Program-made: the position numbers and the translations under genes
Shown: in pieces, positions 63,188 through 64,000 of the stretch
How positions within the stretch are numbered: the first letter of the stretch is position 1
Layout: each line of letters starts with the position of its first letter
Notes under the pieces: generated by a model
The model's input: only the letters and a program-made list of their open reading frames with translations
Told to the model about the DNA's origin: nothing
The model's database searches: none
Assembly (NCBI GenBank): GCA_965222375.1
Contig: CBDCTZ010000005.1
Coordinates: forward strand, 96,001 to 160,000
Source of the DNA: Polyangiaceae bacterium
Lineage (GTDB): Bacteria > Myxococcota_A > Polyangia > Polyangiales > Polyangiaceae
Length of the DNA: 64,000 bases
Reading direction: 5' to 3'

Positions 63188-64000
63188 GTGTCCGCCCCTC
63201 GCCTCATTGATGGGAAGTTCGTCTTGCGCAAGCGTCTCGGCGCAGGTGCGGGCGGCGAGGTGTGGGAGGCCGAAAACGTCGTGGTCGGGAAACGCGTCGC
63301 GTTGAAGTTGTTGCATCCAGATCTCGCACGAAACGGCGACACCCAGGCGACCTTCATGGCGGAAGCCCGCGCAGCCGCGGTGATTTCGCACCCAAACGTG
63401 ATCGACATCTACGATCTGGGAGTCGATGACGACGGCACCACCTACTTCGTCATGGAGCTTCTCGGCGGCGAGTCCCTGGCGGATGTCTTGCTCAACCGGG
63501 GCGCGATTCCAATCCCCTACGCCATCGAACTCATGCTTCAGATCCTGGCGGCACTATCTGCGGCTCACGAGCGCGGCATCGTGCATCGGGATCTCAAGCC
63601 ACAGAACATCATGGTGAGCCACCCTAGGCCGGATCGCCCGCACGTAAAAGTGCTCGACTTCGGCATCGCCGCGGGGCTCTTTGGCTCGGACTTCGCATCG
63701 GAAACCCGCCCCGTCGGCACACCCCTGTACACCGCACCGGAACAAGCCGTGGGCCGGGACGTGGATGCCCGAGCCGACGTCTATGCTGCAGGCGCAGTGC
63801 TGTACGAAATGCTCGTCGGCAGCCCACCCTTTGATGGCACCGACAGCTACGAAGTCCTGGCCAAAGTCGTCTCGGCTCCCCTCGTCGCGCCACGGCAGCT
63901 CAACCCACAAGTCCCGCAATCCCTTTCCGACGCGATCTGCAATGCGATGCAACGCGAGCTGGGGGATCGCACCCCCAGCGCCAAGGCTTTCGCCGCACAG
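63188..64000 (+). CDS. Ser/Thr protein kinase (runs off the window end; absent from the ORF track)
   Basis: Hand translation from GTG 63188 gives VSAPRLIDGKFVLRKRLGAGAGGEVWEAEN..VALKLLH..HRDLKPQNIMV..VKVLDFG..GTPLYTAPEQ; I saw no stop before 64000. Confidence 0.9.
   Translation, partial: MSAPRLIDGKFVLRKRLGAGAGGEVWEAENVVVGKRVALKLLHPDLARNGDTQATFMAEARAAAVISHPNVIDIYDLGVDDDGTTYFVMELLGGESLADVLLNRGAIPIPYAIELMLQILAALSAAHERGIVHRDLKPQNIMVSHPRPDRPHVKVLDFGIAAGLFGSDFASETRPVGTPLYTAPEQAVGRDVDARADVYAAGAVLYEMLVGSPPFDGTDSYEVLAKVVSAPLVAPRQLNPQVPQSLSDAICNAMQRELGDRTPSAKAFAAQ

Noticed and set aside
1..64000. tRNA/rRNA genes, prophage, secondary-metabolite cluster
   Set aside because: I saw no cloverleaf or rRNA motifs, phage structural genes, integrase or PKS/NRPS domains; a tRNAscan/Infernal run would confirm.

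Overview
High-GC bacterial chromosomal segment. The gene content points to a myxobacterium (Myxococcota, probably Polyangiales/Sorangium-like; inferred from gene types only): four eukaryotic-like Ser/Thr kinases, an FHA-sigma54 activator, TPR/PEGA proteins and many Gly/Cys-rich lipoproteins. About 52 CDS are supported. Housekeeping genes include rnhA, gltA, glnS with a YqeY fusion, uvrA, bfr, bfd, dcp and a cyclophilin. One IS1182-like element is inserted at the CTAG that contains the glnS stop codon, and one kinase gene is split by a -1 frameshift. A strong Fur box lies between divergent bfr and bfd, and many genes have a -10 hexamer only 6-8 nt before the start codon (apparently leaderless). 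I found no rRNA, tRNA or CRISPR array. Best leads for undescribed biology: (i) a secreted 62-aa peptide with two CX3CX6CX3C units next to a membrane-anchored papain-like protease; (ii) a gene of unknown function with sigma54- and sigma70-type promoters, an apparently folded ~145-nt leader and its own terminator; (iii) a radical SAM gene translationally coupled to an FG-GAP lipoprotein gene; (iv) kinase/TPR cassettes whose TPR proteins share a C-terminal motif; (v) an NTT-HEAT plus tandem cNMP-binding module; (vi) a Cys-rich/PPC/MepA-like lipoprotein. All family assignments were made by eye from motifs; no database search was run.
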